32,000 bases of DNA, taken from the NCBI GenBank assembly GCA_016699955.1, contig CP064993.1, positions 1 through 32,000 of the forward strand. The letters run 5' to 3'. This document shows positions 1 to 8,778 of this stretch, piece by piece. The notes beneath the pieces are model-generated. The model did not search any database. It saw nothing but the letters and a program-made list of their open reading frames with translations, and was not told the origin of the DNA. Every line of letters starts with the position of its first letter. Position 1 is the first letter of the stretch. Both the position numbers and the translations under genes were made by a program. This DNA comes from Candidatus Saccharimonadota bacterium (GTDB taxonomy: Bacteria; Patescibacteriota; Saccharimonadia; Saccharimonadales; UBA4665).

Positions 1-633
1 GCACTAGCCGAAAAGAGGAAGCGACCAATCTTGGCAGTAATGCCAGCGGCCATCTTGACCTTCTGCATGCTACCGGCTTTACCTAGCTCGTTTTTCCAAA
101 ATAGCTTCAGGTCTTCATCTTCAAGGTTCTTGATCGCGTCTTTTGCGAACTTGCCGTCGTTTAGCAGGCGGAAGATCGTAAAGAGGGTAGGATTTTCAAG
201 CGTCAACGCTGTTTGCGTCGCATTACGCAAAATGTATTCGATACGATGCCCGCCGCTATCGTCTTCGGAAAATATCTTGCGCATGACAGAAACAACTGAC
301 TCGGTGACGCGGTCTTTCGCGGAGCAAATCATTTCCATAACCCCTCTGGTAATTCCAGCAGGTTGACGCCAATAGGGTGGTCTAAATCATCAGGATTGAG
401 ATAAATGAGGTCTTTTTTACGCTCCTTTGGAACGTACTCGAGCAACTCTTCCGCAGGTCGCCATGCGGATCAATAACCGCCAAACCTTTTGCCATTTTGG
501 ATGTCTTGAATCAGTTGATACTTCAGCAGGGTAGGCTTGCCACTACCCGTGCCACCAATCACGAACATATGACGCTCGCGTTCGGATTCGGTAAGACCTA
601 TAGGCGTTTCACTGCCGTGATGCGCAATGACGC
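1..633 (-). pseudogene. P-loop ATPase part of a type IV secretion coupling-protein-like gene (TraD/VirD4/TraG-like); multiply frameshifted; C-terminus runs off the window
   Basis: Reverse-strand translation gives four successive pieces, each in a different frame: (1) ERHMFVIGGTGSGKPTLLKYQLIQDIQNGK (Walker A); (2) AVIDPHGDL; (3) AEELLEYVPKERKKDLIYLNPDDLDHPIGVNLLELPEG; (4) DRVTESVVSVMRKIF..HRIEYILRNATQTALTLENPTLFTIFRLL..LKLFWKNE. Frame shifts lie near 634-640, 478-487, 452-456 and 340-350. The listed + ORFs 31..366 and 497..742 are antisense shadows. Confidence 0.7.
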
Positions 634-1647
634 CTATAACAACGTCAAGTTTGGATTGCCATGCAGGCTGATTGGCGCGGGCAATACACGACTATGCGTA
701 CGTACCATGCCTTCCGTTCGAATCAGACCCTGGGGGAAATGAAAGATCGACGCAAGTTCGCCTGCGCTGAGTACCGATGGGGTACAGGGTAAAACAGAGC
801 CTAAACGATGACTAAAAAGCATGGCGGAATACTTGTTGCTTTGAGCTGCCAATGGGTGTCTGGAGTACTGTATATTTTGGAAACCTGGGGAGTTCAGTGT
901 TTCCAGCGATGCGGCAAAATCATTAAGGAGTGTTGCTGTCCGTTCGGAAGAGTATGCACTGAATCTCATATCGGTTAGAAATAACGGCTGTGATAACTTT
1001 AAAATTCCGTCAACTTTTGCATGCCCTCTCTTGAGGATTTGGTTATAAATACGCGATGCCTTTCTGGATGAATACTGTCGGAGAATAAGCTGCAGTGCTA
1101 CTTCTTCGTCATCTTTGAGCTGAGTCATTGAACCTGCTATAAAAGCAATCGGGTCGGTCTCTGTTAGATCCTCTTGTGGTTTTAAGGGATAGGCAAAACT
1201 CCTCGTTTGCTTCAAACCCATAGTGACCGCGCCCGGCCTTAGCGGTGGTGCGGTGTCGAAATATTTGAATTTGAGCTCGGGCATATAAGATGCGAAATGT
1301 TTTTGGATACTCGGTAGATCGTCTTTGTCTGCAACGGCACGGTAGCGGATGCCGTTCTTTTTATCCCCGACGATCTCAAATGAAACTGGACTTTTGCTTT
1401 TAAAGTTCATCTGCAGGACGGCAAAGAGGTTTTTCGTATTGAGTGGCTGGGTATGGGGTTGTTTAGGGGGAGTTATTTCAAGCACACCAATAGTTCTTAT
1501 AGCCCGAAGCATCCATAAATTCCTGATAATAGCGAGAAGCGGGCTAAGTATGAGACGCCATGCCCAATAGGCTATAAATGCCATCAAAAGTGAGTTGACA
1601 ACATATTCTGCTGGATTATCGCCAAACAATTGCAGGAATCTGTCCAT
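634..1647 (-). CDS. N-terminal fragment (TM helices + linker domain) of the same coupling-protein-like gene
   Basis: 337-aa ORF with a hydrophobic N-terminus (LLMAFIAYWAWRLILSPLLAII). It ends at a TAG directly upstream of the Walker A segment, which continues in another frame. Confidence 0.65.
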   Translation of the reverse strand: MDRFLQLFGDNPAEYVVNSLLMAFIAYWAWRLILSPLLAIIRNLWMLRAIRTIGVLEITPPKQPHTQPLNTKNLFAVLQMNFKSKSPVSFEIVGDKKNGIRYRAVADKDDLPSIQKHFASYMPELKFKYFDTAPPLRPGAVTMGLKQTRSFAYPLKPQEDLTETDPIAFIAGSMTQLKDDEEVALQLILRQYSSRKASRIYNQILKRGHAKVDGILKLSQPLFLTDMRFSAYSSERTATLLNDFAASLETLNSPGFQNIQYSRHPLAAQSNKYSAMLFSHRLGSVLPCTPSVLSAGELASIFHFPQGLIRTEGMVRTHSRVLPAPISLHGNPNLTLL

Positions 1648-1765
1648 TACTTAAACAGTAACAGATGTAATACAGGGGTGCAATACGGTTAATTTGTGCC
1701 ACGTTTTATTTGCGGGGCTGTTGGACTACGCTAAAAGAGTAGGTCAACTAAGTGATAGGAGGCAT

Positions 1766-1918
1766 ATGAGTGAGGTAAACCAATCGAACAAGAAAAAAGG
1801 TATCGGGCCGCCAAAAACGCTGTCATTATCTACCCAAGAACGGATAGAGCTTTTGGCAAACGTCATTTTGGATAAGATTTTGGCCGAAATGAATCCGGCA
1901 AGTGGTGCAAAGGGCTAA
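1766..1918 (+). CDS. small hypothetical protein (50 aa) coupled to the recombinase gene
   Basis: ATG at 1766 is preceded by AGGAGG (1757-1762), although the spacer is short. The TAA stop at 1916-1918 lies 1 nt before the recombinase ATG at 1920. There is no recognisable motif. Confidence 0.4.
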   Translation: MSEVNQSNKKKGIGPPKTLSLSTQERIELLANVILDKILAEMNPASGAKG

Positions 1919-1919
1919 T

Positions 1920-2978
1920 ATGGAATACGAGCCACATATTCAAAATGCCGTCGCTGCAATACGCGTGTCCACGACCAAGCAAGGGACGCAGGGCGATTCG
2001 CCAGAAGCACAAAAGGAACAGATAGAGCGGTATGCCCAAAGCCGCGGGATATGCATCAAAAAGCTGTTTTTATTTCTTGAATCGGCATCGAAGGAGCAGC
2101 AGCCTATGCAGGAAGCGATTGATTACTGTAAAAATCCAAAACACAAGATTGACCTGTTTATAGTGAAGTCGATAGATAGATTCACGCGTGGTGGCTCATA
2201 CTCATATAGTCAGCTTAAAATGCAGCTCGATAATGCAAATGTTCACCTGACTGATATCCATGGAATTATAGGCGCGCAAAAAGTGAATACGCTTGAACAC
2301 TTAGGCCTCAGCTACAAATGGAGCGTGTATGATCCGACGAAAAATTCAGAGATATTAGAGGCAGAGCGCGCGAGTGACGAAAAGCGAGATATCATGACGC
2401 GCATGATAGGTTCTCAGATTCGCTATGCGCGCTTAGGCTACTGGGTTCGGCGTGCACCGCTTGGATATAAAAATGTTCATGTCGAAACGATCAATGGCAA
2501 TCGATCTGTTTTGGAGCCGCATCCGCAACAAAGCCAATGGATTATCAAGATGTTCGAGTTGCGCTGCAGGGGGACGCTCGACGATGACTCAATTGTGCGC
2601 GAAATAAATAAGCTTGGTTTTCATACGCCCGTTAAATTTGTGCGCCATGAACATGACAAGACACGAATTATTGCCAAAAAGGGCGGCAGGCCTCTCAAAA
2701 TTAAGACTCTTCATGCATATCTTGCTAACCCTGTATATGCTGGCATCAATGCTGAGCGTTGGCTCATGGGCAAAGCGGTTAGATGTAGGTTTGATGGTCT
2801 TGTTTCCATTGAGATGTTCAATCAAGCAAACCGCGGACGCATAACTATCGTGGAGGAGGGAGACGAAGTTCGAATCGTAGAGAATAAAATGGAAACGCGA
2901 GTACCAAAACAAAGTTTAACCCGATGTACCCATATAAACGCGTGGTGGCATGCCCGACATGTGGTGCTTTGTTGTTAG
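1920..2978 (+). CDS. large serine recombinase, N-terminal fragment (resolvase catalytic + recombinase domains), frameshifted
   Basis: AAIRVSTTKQ catalytic-Ser motif, SIDRFTR, and recombinase-domain-like LGYK/YLANPVYAG. The C-terminal ~20 aa of this ORF are out-of-frame junk. Confidence 0.85.
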   Translation: MEYEPHIQNAVAAIRVSTTKQGTQGDSPEAQKEQIERYAQSRGICIKKLFLFLESASKEQQPMQEAIDYCKNPKHKIDLFIVKSIDRFTRGGSYSYSQLKMQLDNANVHLTDIHGIIGAQKVNTLEHLGLSYKWSVYDPTKNSEILEAERASDEKRDIMTRMIGSQIRYARLGYWVRRAPLGYKNVHVETINGNRSVLEPHPQQSQWIIKMFELRCRGTLDDDSIVREINKLGFHTPVKFVRHEHDKTRIIAKKGGRPLKIKTLHAYLANPVYAGINAERWLMGKAVRCRFDGLVSIEMFNQANRGRITIVEEGDEVRIVENKMETRVPKQSLTRCTHINAWWHARHVVLCC

Positions 2979-3607
2979 GGAGTGCAGCGAGGGGACATAC
3001 GGGAATAAGGTATCCTGCTTATCACTGTGATAGGCGGCGGAGCACGACAATGGATTATAAATACCATTATTTTCGGGAACGGAAAGAAAAGTTTGATGCA
3101 ACAATCGAGAAGTTTATCAAACGTATAGAGATAAAGCCAAAATACGAAAAGCAGATTATAACTACCGTGCTAAAACTATGGGAAAAGCGACAGGCTGAAT
3201 CACGGCGCGATATTCAGGCGGTTACTTTGAAAATTGACGAATTGAAGTTGCAAGCAGAGATGGTTGCGGAGAAGATAAAATTTTTAAGCTCTGAGGTCAC
3301 GATCAAATATTTAGAGGAGGATCTGTTGCGTATAGAGGCGCAGATAAAGAGCTACGATGAGTCGCGAGCTGGTAAGAATACCCAAGATGACCTAAGCCGA
3401 GAAGTCATAATTAAAAGCATAAAGAAACATATCAGACGACCCGATATGATCATACTGCGTCAGTCGGATCCCGTGCAGCAAGCAAACTTTTTTGGGCTAC
3501 TGTTCGATAGGGTGCCAAAATATAACGAGCTGGTTGACGTGCTGGAAGATGAAACGCTTGATATAGGGCTGAATCAACTGTTCGAGATACGAAAAAACAA
3601 CAGATGA
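2924..3607 (+). CDS. large serine recombinase, C-terminal fragment (zinc ribbon + coiled coil)
   Basis: CPTCG..(x)..YHCD zinc-ribbon pattern followed by a long heptad-like region. This frame is open from 2888 and overlaps the previous ORF, so a single shift lies within 2888-2935 (A-runs in ccaaaacaaag). Confidence 0.85.
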   Translation: MYPYKRVVACPTCGALLLGSAARGHTGIRYPAYHCDRRRSTTMDYKYHYFRERKEKFDATIEKFIKRIEIKPKYEKQIITTVLKLWEKRQAESRRDIQAVTLKIDELKLQAEMVAEKIKFLSSEVTIKYLEEDLLRIEAQIKSYDESRAGKNTQDDLSREVIIKSIKKHIRRPDMIILRQSDPVQQANFFGLLFDRVPKYNELVDVLEDETLDIGLNQLFEIRKNNR

Positions 3608-3659
3608 ATTCAAACAAATACAAGCGATATCATGAACCATTAATTACGCAAGTCAAATA

Positions 3660-3668
3660 TGGTATCAT
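3660..3668 (+). promoter_or_regulatory. candidate extended -10 (TGgTATCAT) 6 nt upstream of the XRE start codon
   Basis: tggtatcat at 3660-3668 and GTG at 3675. No SD sequence lies between them. Confidence 0.3.
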
Positions 3669-3674
3669 TATCTT

Positions 3675-3890
3675 GTGAGTGACACTGATTTCTTAGAACA
3701 AATTTCCGCTAATCTATTGAAAATACGCAAACAGCAGCGCTACACTCAGCGTGAGCTTGCTAAGCTAGCAGGCTTGAACTCGAACTACTACGCAAAAGTT
3801 GAACGCGGCGAGGGCATGCCATCTATTAAGACCATCCATAAACTTGCCAAAGCCCTAAAGGTCACCGCGACCGACATCGTCGGGTTCTAG
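3675..3890 (+). CDS. XRE-family helix-turn-helix transcriptional regulator
   Basis: YTQRELAKLAGLNSNYYAKVERGEGMPSIKTIHKLAKAL is a canonical Cro/C1-type HTH. Confidence 0.9.
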   Translation: MSDTDFLEQISANLLKIRKQQRYTQRELAKLAGLNSNYYAKVERGEGMPSIKTIHKLAKALKVTATDIVGF

Positions 3891-4031
3891 ATCAGCATCA
3901 ACACTTTCTGAGTAATGATATTGGTTGCTGGGATGGCCATGAAAATAACTGCACTAGTCTTTGTTTAGTTGGCCTGTGATGACCGTGCAATGAATCTATT
4001 AATCCCGGACGAAAGATAAGATAATCGAGAT

Positions 4032-5261
4032 ATGAACCCTAAATCAGAATACATACACCCAAACCTCCTTCTTGAATCATCTTACAAGGACTTACTAAAG
4101 CAATTTGATGACTACGGCCATATGATTGCCTGGGCTCGGGAAGAGAAACAGATTGAACTTGAGGATCTTATACGTCAGGACTGCGTATTTGTAGTTGGAG
4201 AGCCGGGACAGGGCAAATCACGGCTTGTACGAGAGCTTGCTGTTTTTGCCCAAACAAACGGCTATGGGACCTCAGTGGTTAGACTTAATAAGTTGGGTCG
4301 AGACCAATCTATCGAAGATGCACTTAGCGCTTCAGAAGAGCAAGTTAATTTTGATGTCTCAGCTAAGACAAATATGCTGGTATGTTTAGATGCTCTTGAT
4401 GAAGTTACTTCAAGCAAGTTTCCAGATACAGTGCAGCAGATTCGTCAGTATCTTGCTACCCACCCGGGGCATAAGGTAGTTATAACTTCGAGAATTCACT
4501 TTACCAAATATGAGGAAAGTCTTGCTCCTATTAATGCGTCATATGCTCTATTGATGCCAGTTGACCGCCAGGCACAGATAAAGTTACTGAAGCAATACGG
4601 ACTCACGGATCCGCAGATTGACGAGGCGTTTCTAAAGCTAAAACAGCAAGATAAAGAGACTGTTTTACAGACACCCCGATACTTAGAGTATTTCGCCCAA
4701 TGGTATGTGCAGCATGGTATTGGCAAAAAGGCTCTGAGCAGGTCCGACATCTTTGACCATTTTGTGAATCAGGCCTTGGGCGAAGAAGATAAAAAGGTCG
4801 ACAAGCGAATAGCTGCCCTTCGTAGGCGAACGCTCGAAAAACTAGCCTTGGTTATGGAGATTGCTCAAACAAATGCAATTAGCCAAGACGATATGATTAC
4901 CTTTATTGAAGATTACAAATCCGAAGCCAAACTGCTTTTACTAGGCAGTACTGATGACCTGGATACGATCTACAATCATGGACTTTTAAAGGACGACGGA
5001 GAAAAAATTGCGTTTGATAACGCCGAACTACAAGAGTATCTAGCGGCCTCAACGATTAACCGTATGGATGATCCTGGTCGTGCGGCGTTTCAACTGGCAA
5101 TAGATAAGGTCCAGCGTGCAATTCATCCAAGCTGGTACAGCGCACTTTCGTTCCTGCTCGAGATGCAGCCTGGACTACTTGTGGGTATCATCAATCTCGA
5201 AAAAGGCCACTCCAGAAAATCCAGAGCGACCACAGGACCCAGAAACTCACAAATTAATTAG
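4032..5261 (+). CDS. NACHT/STAND P-loop NTPase (NTPase + winged-helix module)
   Basis: Walker A GEPGQGKS, Walker B LVCLDALDEV, ITSR, LQTPRYLEYF, and FDNAELQEYLAA. The last ~20 aa look out of frame. Confidence 0.85.
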   Translation: MNPKSEYIHPNLLLESSYKDLLKQFDDYGHMIAWAREEKQIELEDLIRQDCVFVVGEPGQGKSRLVRELAVFAQTNGYGTSVVRLNKLGRDQSIEDALSASEEQVNFDVSAKTNMLVCLDALDEVTSSKFPDTVQQIRQYLATHPGHKVVITSRIHFTKYEESLAPINASYALLMPVDRQAQIKLLKQYGLTDPQIDEAFLKLKQQDKETVLQTPRYLEYFAQWYVQHGIGKKALSRSDIFDHFVNQALGEEDKKVDKRIAALRRRTLEKLALVMEIAQTNAISQDDMITFIEDYKSEAKLLLLGSTDDLDTIYNHGLLKDDGEKIAFDNAELQEYLAASTINRMDDPGRAAFQLAIDKVQRAIHPSWYSALSFLLEMQPGLLVGIINLEKGHSRKSRATTGPRNSQIN

Positions 5262-5677
5262 TGGGGGTAAGCTCTGAACTAATCACTGCTGAAGTAAGAG
5301 AAGCTATTTTCATCCAGGTCCTCAGTTATTATCTTGAGAACGACATATATATCAGGTTTGAGGTTTCAACGCGATTAGCATTTTATTCTAGCCCTGGTAC
5401 CGATGCCTACTTAAAAAAATGCGCTGAACAGCTTGAAAAGTCCAAATCATACGCAAATCTTGTAAATATTGCTCAAGTCGTCGGCAGCCTCAAGCGAATC
5501 AATCGCTTAAATGATGAAAATTACTGGAAGGAAAAATTACAAGCTTGGGCCTTACTTGATGGCGAGGATGATTTCACTACCGTTCTAAAGCGTCAGGCTG
5601 TGCACGCGCTCGAATTCTTTAACGACGAGGCTCTAATAGACGAATTGAAATCCTTACACTCCCACAAAATGAACTAG
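5261..5677 (+). CDS. alpha-repeat fragment, probable continuation of the STAND protein
   Basis: The GTG overlaps the upstream TAG. The sequence is all-alpha and HEAT-like (e.g. VLKRQAVHALEFFNDEALIDELKSL). There is no SD. Confidence 0.55.
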   Translation: MGVSSELITAEVREAIFIQVLSYYLENDIYIRFEVSTRLAFYSSPGTDAYLKKCAEQLEKSKSYANLVNIAQVVGSLKRINRLNDENYWKEKLQAWALLDGEDDFTTVLKRQAVHALEFFNDEALIDELKSLHSHKMN

Positions 5678-5697
5678 TAAGACGTGCTTACGAGGGG

Positions 5698-6036
5698 ATG
5701 TGCGATGCAATTAATGCAAATAACCCCCAATCGGTGAACACATTCGTAGAAGGGGTTAAGCACGATTCAATCGAAGCTCGAATGTACTTGTTAAATGTTA
5801 CCTCAAAAGATGGCTTGCTAGCATTATTGAGCGCAATAGCAACGGACGAAGTGTTTCTCCATGAATTGATTGAGCACGACAGCACATTTAGGAAGGATGA
5901 TAATAAGTTCTTCAGAAACACAGATAAGAAAATGGATGCCGAGCTGCTGGAGAAGTGTAAAAAGTCATTCATAAAGTCTTCGACATTGACCATGGATACT
6001 ATGTTGATCGTTCCAGCTTTATTGATCAGCTTGTAG
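5698..6036 (+). CDS. alpha-repeat fragment, probable continuation of the STAND protein
   Basis: The frame is open from 5638 and reads PQNELVRRAYEGMCDAINANNPQ immediately after ..LKSLHS of the previous frame. Confidence 0.5.
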   Translation: MCDAINANNPQSVNTFVEGVKHDSIEARMYLLNVTSKDGLLALLSAIATDEVFLHELIEHDSTFRKDDNKFFRNTDKKMDAELLEKCKKSFIKSSTLTMDTMLIVPALLISL

Positions 6037-6143
6037 AGCTCATTGCTAAGCATGACGCTAACTACTTTACAGAGCTAATTAACTGGGCGCTTGAGAGTGA
6101 CGAAATACCCAGAATTTTTGATCTTCAGCTTCATCTGTCAAAG

Positions 6144-7517
6144 ATGATGAGGAAATCAGACACCAAGCTTCTCAATGAACATATCAACGACCACCAAGAT
6201 ATTAAGGGCCATCTGCTCCGTATAGCAACAATTCTCGATGACCCTGCTTCGCCCAACCCAGATGCTAAGGAGATCATCAGCGAACTTAGAGAACTCCAGC
6301 GCGAGTTATTCAAGGAATATGATGAAGCAGTCCGAAAAATGTCCTTAAGGGGTCAGCGCGACAGAACTCAAGAAGAATTCGATAAAATGATGCAGCTCGT
6401 GATAGAGCATGGCCATATTAATGCACTGAATAAAGCGCTGGAAATGTTCAACAAAGAAGATAACAATGAACGTTTCGGTAAGAATGCTGATAAGTACCTA
6501 TGGTCTCACTGCAAGAAGATCATACTCGACCCGCTTGACCCCGCAACCGCTACACTGACAATCCACGAGAAGAAGCCAGATGGGTCCCAGCCTTTTACAA
6601 TCAGTAACTACATATGGGCCTACGGTGAGATAGCTAAATTCGCACGCAAGACCGGCAAAGACATTTCAAGCTACCGAAAAAAATTTGTAGCACTGCTGGC
6701 CTTCACTTACAACGAAGATACCGATGCTTGCCTTGACTTACTTGGCACTCTTTCTAGCGAGGAATCAAAGATACTGATTGATACATTCAAAAATCTGTCT
6801 TCTGATCGAGCACGTTTTCACCCTTCCAACTTTATAGACGCCGTTAAGCGCTTCCATCTAACCGAAGCCGTGGACATCCTTGACACTTTTGTGGATCAAG
6901 AAGAGTTCGAGATATATGTAAGACGAGATGCTCTCGAGTTGTCAGAAAACCTAAAACCTAACAAGGAACGACTTAGTGAGCTCGTGAAGAAGCATAGTGA
7001 TGAGAATAAGGAGTATTCACTAAAACGCACTGCAAATGGGTTGCTTATTACAAAGCATGATGATCCCGAGGCCATTAAGTGGCTCATGCAGAAAATTAAA
7101 GACTCTGCAGCAGAATTCGTAGAAAAGACTGGCGTACATAACGTGGGGGCGTTAGAACACGAACTACACGATGGGGAGATTGCGAAGCCACTACGGGAAT
7201 TATCGGATGCAAGGTACATAGATGATTATCTAGACTTACTGGATTTTTCCTTCCAGCTCTTTGCCAAAGGCGATAAATGGCATAACTATACATACTACAT
7301 TTGGAAGATTGTTACCGGCTATTTTGATCAGCTTAAGAATGGCCTAAAGTTTGAGCCACTAATGAAGCTTGAGAAATGGGTATCTGAACACCCCAAGCTA
7401 CCGGGCATCAATTACTTTAAGGACAAGATGGTCGAACTACGGCGATCATACACCGTAGCTATTGATCGCCCCAAAATATTAACGCAGCAATTAAGCTTGC
7501 AGAAAAGTACGAACTGA
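6144..7517 (+). CDS. alpha-helical repeat (sensor-like) fragment of the STAND protein
   Basis: 457-aa ORF. Its frame is open back to ~5970 (VFDIDHGYYVDRSSFIDQLVELIAKHDANYF..), overlapping the previous ORF. There is no enzymatic motif. Confidence 0.6.
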   Translation: MMRKSDTKLLNEHINDHQDIKGHLLRIATILDDPASPNPDAKEIISELRELQRELFKEYDEAVRKMSLRGQRDRTQEEFDKMMQLVIEHGHINALNKALEMFNKEDNNERFGKNADKYLWSHCKKIILDPLDPATATLTIHEKKPDGSQPFTISNYIWAYGEIAKFARKTGKDISSYRKKFVALLAFTYNEDTDACLDLLGTLSSEESKILIDTFKNLSSDRARFHPSNFIDAVKRFHLTEAVDILDTFVDQEEFEIYVRRDALELSENLKPNKERLSELVKKHSDENKEYSLKRTANGLLITKHDDPEAIKWLMQKIKDSAAEFVEKTGVHNVGALEHELHDGEIAKPLRELSDARYIDDYLDLLDFSFQLFAKGDKWHNYTYYIWKIVTGYFDQLKNGLKFEPLMKLEKWVSEHPKLPGINYFKDKMVELRRSYTVAIDRPKILTQQLSLQKSTN

Positions 7518-7557
7518 AGACGGTGCGGCTATATCTTCGGTAGAACAGCTTAAGTCT

Positions 7558-8085
7558 GTGCTCGAGAGAATTATTTGTGAAGAACTAATACCATGGATTG
7601 AAACAGACGCGCGTAAGATCATGAATGAAGCTCATGCTCAAAAATTAATAAAGGTACAGCTTGAAGCGAGTTTGCTTAAGAATGGATTTAATCCAAGTCA
7701 GTTACAGGTCTGCCACATAATTCGCGAAGCTCAGGAGCTTGACGATACAAGAACGGATTTCTTAATTTACCATGGTTTTATTGGGCCGGTTATCATTGAG
7801 CTCAAGCTCTTCTCAAATAAAGACCTGCACGCCAAAGACCTAACTACTAAGAAATCTTACGAAAGACTTAAGAACTATATGCGTCAGTATAAGACCGACC
7901 ACGCAATCCTACTTGCATTAGACAACGAGATTGCACTAGAAAGAGATGATTTATATAAAAGACGCACAGAGAAAATAGCCGATGCTTACACAACAATCTC
8001 GGGTGTTAGCGTGCACTCTGCACGACTATTTGATCGTGTCGAGAAGACTAAAAAGCCTAAACAAAAGAAGAAGAAGAAGAAATGA
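7558..8085 (+). CDS. PD-(D/E)xK-like nuclease domain fragment with a poly-Lys tail
   Basis: TDFLIYHG..GPVIIELKL fits the D...(D/E)xK core. The frame is open from 7495. The C-terminal KKPKQKKKKKK is encoded by (AAG)n. Confidence 0.5.
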   Translation: MLERIICEELIPWIETDARKIMNEAHAQKLIKVQLEASLLKNGFNPSQLQVCHIIREAQELDDTRTDFLIYHGFIGPVIIELKLFSNKDLHAKDLTTKKSYERLKNYMRQYKTDHAILLALDNEIALERDDLYKRRTEKIADAYTTISGVSVHSARLFDRVEKTKKPKQKKKKKK

Positions 8086-8552
8086 CCGAAGTTGAAGTCA
8101 AGGATCTTATAAAAGACTGGCACAGAAATAAGGCCAAGAATGAAAGAGACCCTTTCTTTCGTTTCTTGTGTCACTGGATTTGCTTTAATGCGTGGCTTGA
8201 TTATCAGTCGAAGAAAAGTACAGACCGGGCAATGCTCAATTGGCTTAAACTTCAAACACAAGACACATCGGATATTATGGCTTCATATGAGGCGATGAAA
8301 CTAACTACTGTTGGTAACCAGAACCTTCAATCACTAATAACAATGTGCCCAATCCTAGATAGTAAAGGCCGCGGCGATATTTCAATCAGAGACATCAATG
8401 ATCGTGACAATATTATTGAAGCCATTTACAAGATTAGGTGCAATTTGTTCCACGGTAATAAAAGATCAAGCAGTACCAGAGATACAAAACTAGTCACCTG
8501 TGCTAATCAAATAATGACAGAGTGGATTGATGATCTTATCAATACCTGGTGA
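8082..8552 (+). CDS. HEPN-domain protein (putative RNase)
   Basis: Rx4H motif in YKIRCNLFHGNK near the C-terminus. The protein is all-alpha. The ATG overlaps the upstream stop (ATGA). Confidence 0.6.
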   Translation: MTEVEVKDLIKDWHRNKAKNERDPFFRFLCHWICFNAWLDYQSKKSTDRAMLNWLKLQTQDTSDIMASYEAMKLTTVGNQNLQSLITMCPILDSKGRGDISIRDINDRDNIIEAIYKIRCNLFHGNKRSSSTRDTKLVTCANQIMTEWIDDLINTW

Positions 8553-8568
8553 TTACTAATAACGGCTA

Positions 8569-8778
8569 TTATTTTCCGGTTTGATCAGTCTTGAACGATT
8601 CCATTTCTTTGTGGAGTAAATCTTCGTCGATTCGTCCTAGCTCTCGGTACATGAGCTTCATTTTAATGAGCATTTGTCGTGCATAAACGGGGTTCGCGTT
8701 TTCAGGATCATTTTTCTCAAGGTCGCGAACCATTACGGCAATTTCTTCATCGGTTGGTATGTAGCCAGTCATATTCAC
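8569..8778 (-). CDS. small hypothetical protein (69 aa), coupled to the Mrr-like nuclease gene
   Basis: 4-nt ATGA overlap with the upstream gene. The product is an acidic helical protein. Confidence 0.55.
   Translation of the reverse strand: MNMTGYIPTDEEIAVMVRDLEKNDPENANPVYARQMLIKMKLMYRELGRIDEDLLHKEMESFKTDQTGK

Noticed and set aside
2589-3104. Antisense and overlapping ORFs within the recombinase gene (2589..2912 minus, 2614..2844 plus, 2916..3104 minus)
   Set aside because: They lie entirely inside a gene with strong family motifs in another frame or strand, so they are shadow ORFs.
8050-8081. (AAG)n run encoding the poly-Lys tail, and the (PTT)n-coding stretch at 20060-20110, as contingency simple-sequence repeats
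   Set aside because: The tracts are short, and the PTT repeat uses varied codons. Changes in triplet units would stay in frame, so there is no evidence of switching.
4032-8085. Alternative genetic code (stop-codon reassignment) as the explanation for the chain of short ORFs, and similarly for 1-1647
   Set aside because: The interruptions require changes of reading frame, not read-through of an in-frame stop. TGA, TAG and TAA all terminate long, well-formed genes elsewhere in the window.
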